Assembly (NCBI GenBank): GCA_905178155.1 | Contig: CAJINV010000009.1 | Span: 855,415 to 919,414, forward strand | Source of the DNA: Amoebophrya sp. A120 | Lineage: Eukaryota > Protista > Dinoflagellata | Length of the DNA stretch: 64,000 nucleotides | Direction of reading: 5' to 3' | Part shown: piece after piece, positions 60,529 through 64,000 of the stretch | How positions within the stretch are numbered: position 1 is the first letter of the stretch | How the letters are laid out: each line of letters opens with the position of its first letter | Notes under the pieces: generated by a model | Seen by the model: only the letters and a program-made list of their open reading frames with translations | Databases searched by the model: none | Told to the model about the DNA's origin: nothing | Position numbers and translations under genes: made by a program

Positions 60529-63265
60529 TATAGGCTCTCGGAAATTCATGTGAGAGTCCATTTCTGAAAATTTAAAATTCGCAAACTTCGAAACCCTCTG
60601 CGAATCTTATAACACGCGCCCAAAACCCGGCCCCGGCGAACCCCATTCAGCTTCCAAAGTCAACAAGGCCCCGAAAAGGGGGCTTCGAGAACTCTGAAAG
60701 GTACGCGCCGTTTTTCTTCCAGAACTCTGGAGCTTCTCTTTTGTGGACTTCGAACAAGCCGGCCCTCGATCCGGAGCCGCTTGATCCCCGAACGCCGAGG
60801 TTGGCTCCATTGCCTAGTCCATGAGGTGCCACCACGGCTTTGAGGTTCCGAAGCCAACAAATTCGACACACATGAATTTCTCAGGCTCTGAAAGAAAAAC
60901 GGCGTCTTTCTTTCAGAGCCTGAGAAATTCATGTGTGTAAATGTTGAGCCAATCCCCTTCCATCAAAAGGGCGGCTGGTCGCCGGCCGTCTGGGCTGGCT
61001 TGATTGCCAGCTCCGGATCACGGCGGCCAAAGGTTCAATCTTTTCAAGTAATCAAATCTGACACACATGAATTTCTCAGGCTCTAAAAGAAAAACGGCGC
61101 TTTTCTTTTAGAGCCTGAGAAATTCAAGTGTGTAAATGCCTTTCGCCGGCCCCCGGCTGGTGAAAATCCCCATTGGTAACTGAAACATTTTTCAGCTACC
61201 AATGGGGATTTTCACCACTCGGTGAGTGGCGAAAGCGCTTTCGCCACTCACCGAGTGGCGAAAATCCCCATTGGTAACTGAAAAGCTTTTCAGTTACCAA
61301 TGAGGATTTTCACCTCTAGGTGAGAGGCGACAGCGCTTTCGCCTCTCACCTAGAGGTGAAAATGCCCATTGTAAACTGAAAATCTATTCGCCACTGACGA
61401 AGGCGACTCCTCCTGGTGGAAATTAATTCAAGTGTGAAAATTTGTTGGGGCTGTTATTGGTCTCGAAAAACGAGTCGCTTTCAGCACTCTTTTTTTTGCT
61501 ACCCCCGATGGGTAACAATTCAAGTGTGAAAATTTAAAAGAGTCACTGGAACGACTCACTGCAATGACTCTTTCAATAGAGTCTCAACTATTTCTCTTCA
61601 TAATTAAATTTACGCACTTGAATTTACTGTCTTTTAAATTTACGCACTTGAATTTGTTGCCAATGGCAATAAATTCAAGTGCGTAAATTTAAAAGACTCC
61701 TTCGAAGGAGTCCTTGCAAGGAGTCCCTGCCTGGACTCATTGCAAGGTGTAGCCGGAAGAGTCGAACGCAAATCCAAAACGAAAACGATTCATCCCCAAC
61801 AATTTGCACTAGCGCCAGCAGATGTCCCAACTACCTCCTCCCCCAACCCCCGCTACCTCCCCTGGGGCCCGAGCCTTCTCCTTCCCAACCCGGACCACCT
61901 CCTCTACAAGTTCAGCCGCCTACTCCCGGAGCCAGGTCTTCTCCTGTGGGCCCCGGCCCCCTTCACGCGGAACCCAGACCACTTCTTCCACAGCCCAAGC
62001 GCCCTCATCCGGAGCCTGGACCCCCTCCTTCCAAACCTCCGCCACATTCTTCGGAACCCAGGCGCCCCTCGTCCCAACCCGGAAACGGCCCCGGCCCTCC
62101 CGCTGCTTTCTTCTAAATGGCCAGACCCGAGGCGCTTCAGCTTTGAAGGCAAAGCCCATCGCCCCCTTCTGAGCTGAGGCCGCTCAACCCTTGCAGACCT
62201 ACCTGCCCCAGAGGCCGAAGCGGGAGGAGCCTGCCTATGCTGGCATCCACGTGGGGCCGTGTCATTTGTCTCGCCTCGAGCCACCTCGCAGTCGGGGGCG
62301 GGTTTTACAAAAATGGCCGGAGTTGAGGCGCTTCACTTCACGAAGGGCAACCAGCTTGCCGAACCACGGCGAAGGCGCTCAGCTTTGTTGGCTTTGCTTG
62401 TCCACGGCCCGAAACCTCTTGCGCCCTGGCCTATGCGAAGCCGGGCGCGGACCTAATGCCCTTCCTTTTCCGAGCTGGCCCTAGCGTGGCGCCACATCGA
62501 CGACGACTTAAAACACCCCACAAGAGAATGCCTGGAGGGCGCCGGAAGGAGGGCTCGGGCAGCCACCTTCCGGCAAAGCCTTGCAGCTACACACCGCGAG
62601 GGGACCACAGAGCGCACCCCCTGAAAACCGGAGCCGGGCCCCTCACTATTCAGAACATGCCCTAAAGTGGTTCGCAACGCACTCCACTCAGCTGGTTTCT
62701 TAGCCACAATCTTCATAGTGCCAGTGCCGATCGTGAATGCTTGCCGTCTGTAGAGGTGTCGCTCTGCCACTCAGAGGGGCGAACTACAGACGCTCCCGGC
62801 GGCCAGAACCCCTATGCCCTGCCCCCAAATCGCGGCCCCCGATGGCCGACAAAACCGCCGAAAACCGAAAACACGCAGAGCCACCAAACTGAGCCGAAAC
62901 ACCTAAGACCGAGAAACACAAGCCGGCGACCAGTGCAACTGCTCCAGTTTTTTCTTCGGGCAAAGGCCCCAACGTGGGCGGCAGGCCTGTGCCCGGGCGA
63001 CGACCACAACAGAGCAGGATGCCAGGAGTGAGGTCATAACCCAGAGGGCCGAAGCGCTTAACGTGCGAAATAAAAAGCGCGGCGCCGGCGCTGCCGTCGC
63101 TACTTCTTGCAGAACTGTAGCGGTTCGACTCTGGCAGCAGCTCCGTGGCTGGGCAACTTGCACAAGCAAAGGAGGCGCGCAATGTTTTGCCATTGGCGCT
63201 ATTCGAAAACTGCGAAATTTAAATTTTCGAACATGGTACTAGACATGAATTTCTCTGAGCCCATA
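60529..63265. mobile_element. 2.7-kb non-autonomous TIR element (family H); TSD AAGAC; intergenic
   Basis: ~60-bp imperfect TIRs: TATAGGCTCTCGGAAATTCATGT... / ...ACATGAATTTCTCTGAGCCCATA. AAGAC at 60524-60528 and 63266-63270. Confidence 0.88.
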
Positions 63266-63323
63266 AAGACGTCCGGGCAAAAGACAGGTAGCGCCATGTG
63301 AGATATGGTTCAAAGCTGAATGT

Positions 63324-64000
63324 CAAGCAGCCTCTACCATTTTTGTTAAAAGCATTATCAACTTGGTTGCGGATTCACTCAGCTCGTCCAACATGACTGC
63401 TTTGTCAGAAAAGCCACCGGTTTCTGTCACATTCACCATGATCTTTCCCGCAAACGCATCTGTCCCGGGGTCCACGTCCTTGCGCTCGGATATGCACTTG
63501 GGGGAAAATCCTGACTCGGTAGAATAAGTACCTGCTTTGGTTCATACATGATATCTATGTCTATTTTGTCATAAGCATATTATCGGATGCCAGTCCCAGG
63601 ACGCAACCACGAAGGAATGTGAACGTGCATCGACGAGCCTGACACAGAGTCTAAATTTTTCTCCGATCATACCAATCTCGGTGCCCACGGTCGCGGAAAA
63701 GGCATGCCGTACCTGATGTAGCATTTGTTGATCAAGGTTATGCGTTAATTTGTAGTGAGTGTGAGAGCGAGAAAGCTTACATGTACATACTCTTAATTTT
63801 GAAAACAAAGGTATCTTTCCATGACGGACAGGCACAGGATCTATTTGATTACGAAAAACCAATTTTGTTGTATGTGAAAAATCCGTCACCGTCCTTGTGT
63901 AAAATGATCTCAGTACGATTTCAAAGTCTTCCTTTCGCAACACTTTTTGCTGCTTGGACGGTAGTGACTGCGACAGGTTTCGTATCGTCCGATTCTGCAG
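63324..64000 (-). CDS. 3' part of a hypothetical gene running off the window
   Basis: ORF 63569-63943 and a terminal exon ESGFSPKCISERKDVDPG...MVEAA* after a CAG acceptor near 63532. Confidence 0.5.

Noticed and set aside
61679-62484. Proline-rich ORFs in the 2.7-kb element
   Set aside because: C-rich low-complexity sequence is open in several frames, with no recognisable domain.

Overview
Eukaryotic genomic DNA. The compact gene layout, all credible genes on the minus strand, divergent low-complexity proteins and many non-canonical introns bounded by inverted and direct repeats best fit the parasitic dinoflagellate Amoebophrya (Syndiniales); this assignment is inferred. About 14 genes can be reconstructed, including two CCCH/FGKHKG-repeat paralogs, a secreted alpha/beta hydrolase, an S10 serine carboxypeptidase, a GT-like protein, a C2-domain membrane protein, an MMTAG2-like protein and an ABHD17-like hydrolase. 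The dominant hidden structure is about 18 non-coding TIR elements from about 8 unrelated sequence families. They share one rule: 5'-TAT...ATA-3' termini with a 5-bp target-site duplication (TSD), degenerate in a few copies. Removing the element plus one TSD restores the reading frame in the genic cases that could be translated across (introners); the joins near 31.7-32.2 kb are less certain. One introner (27549-31470) has grown to 3.9 kb: a ~50-bp internal segment is present four times and separates three unrelated 1-1.4-kb hairpin- and repeat-rich cassettes. A 2.7-kb palindrome-packed member (60529-63265) lies between genes. No transposase is visible. All splice models are inferred from reading frame, not from transcripts.
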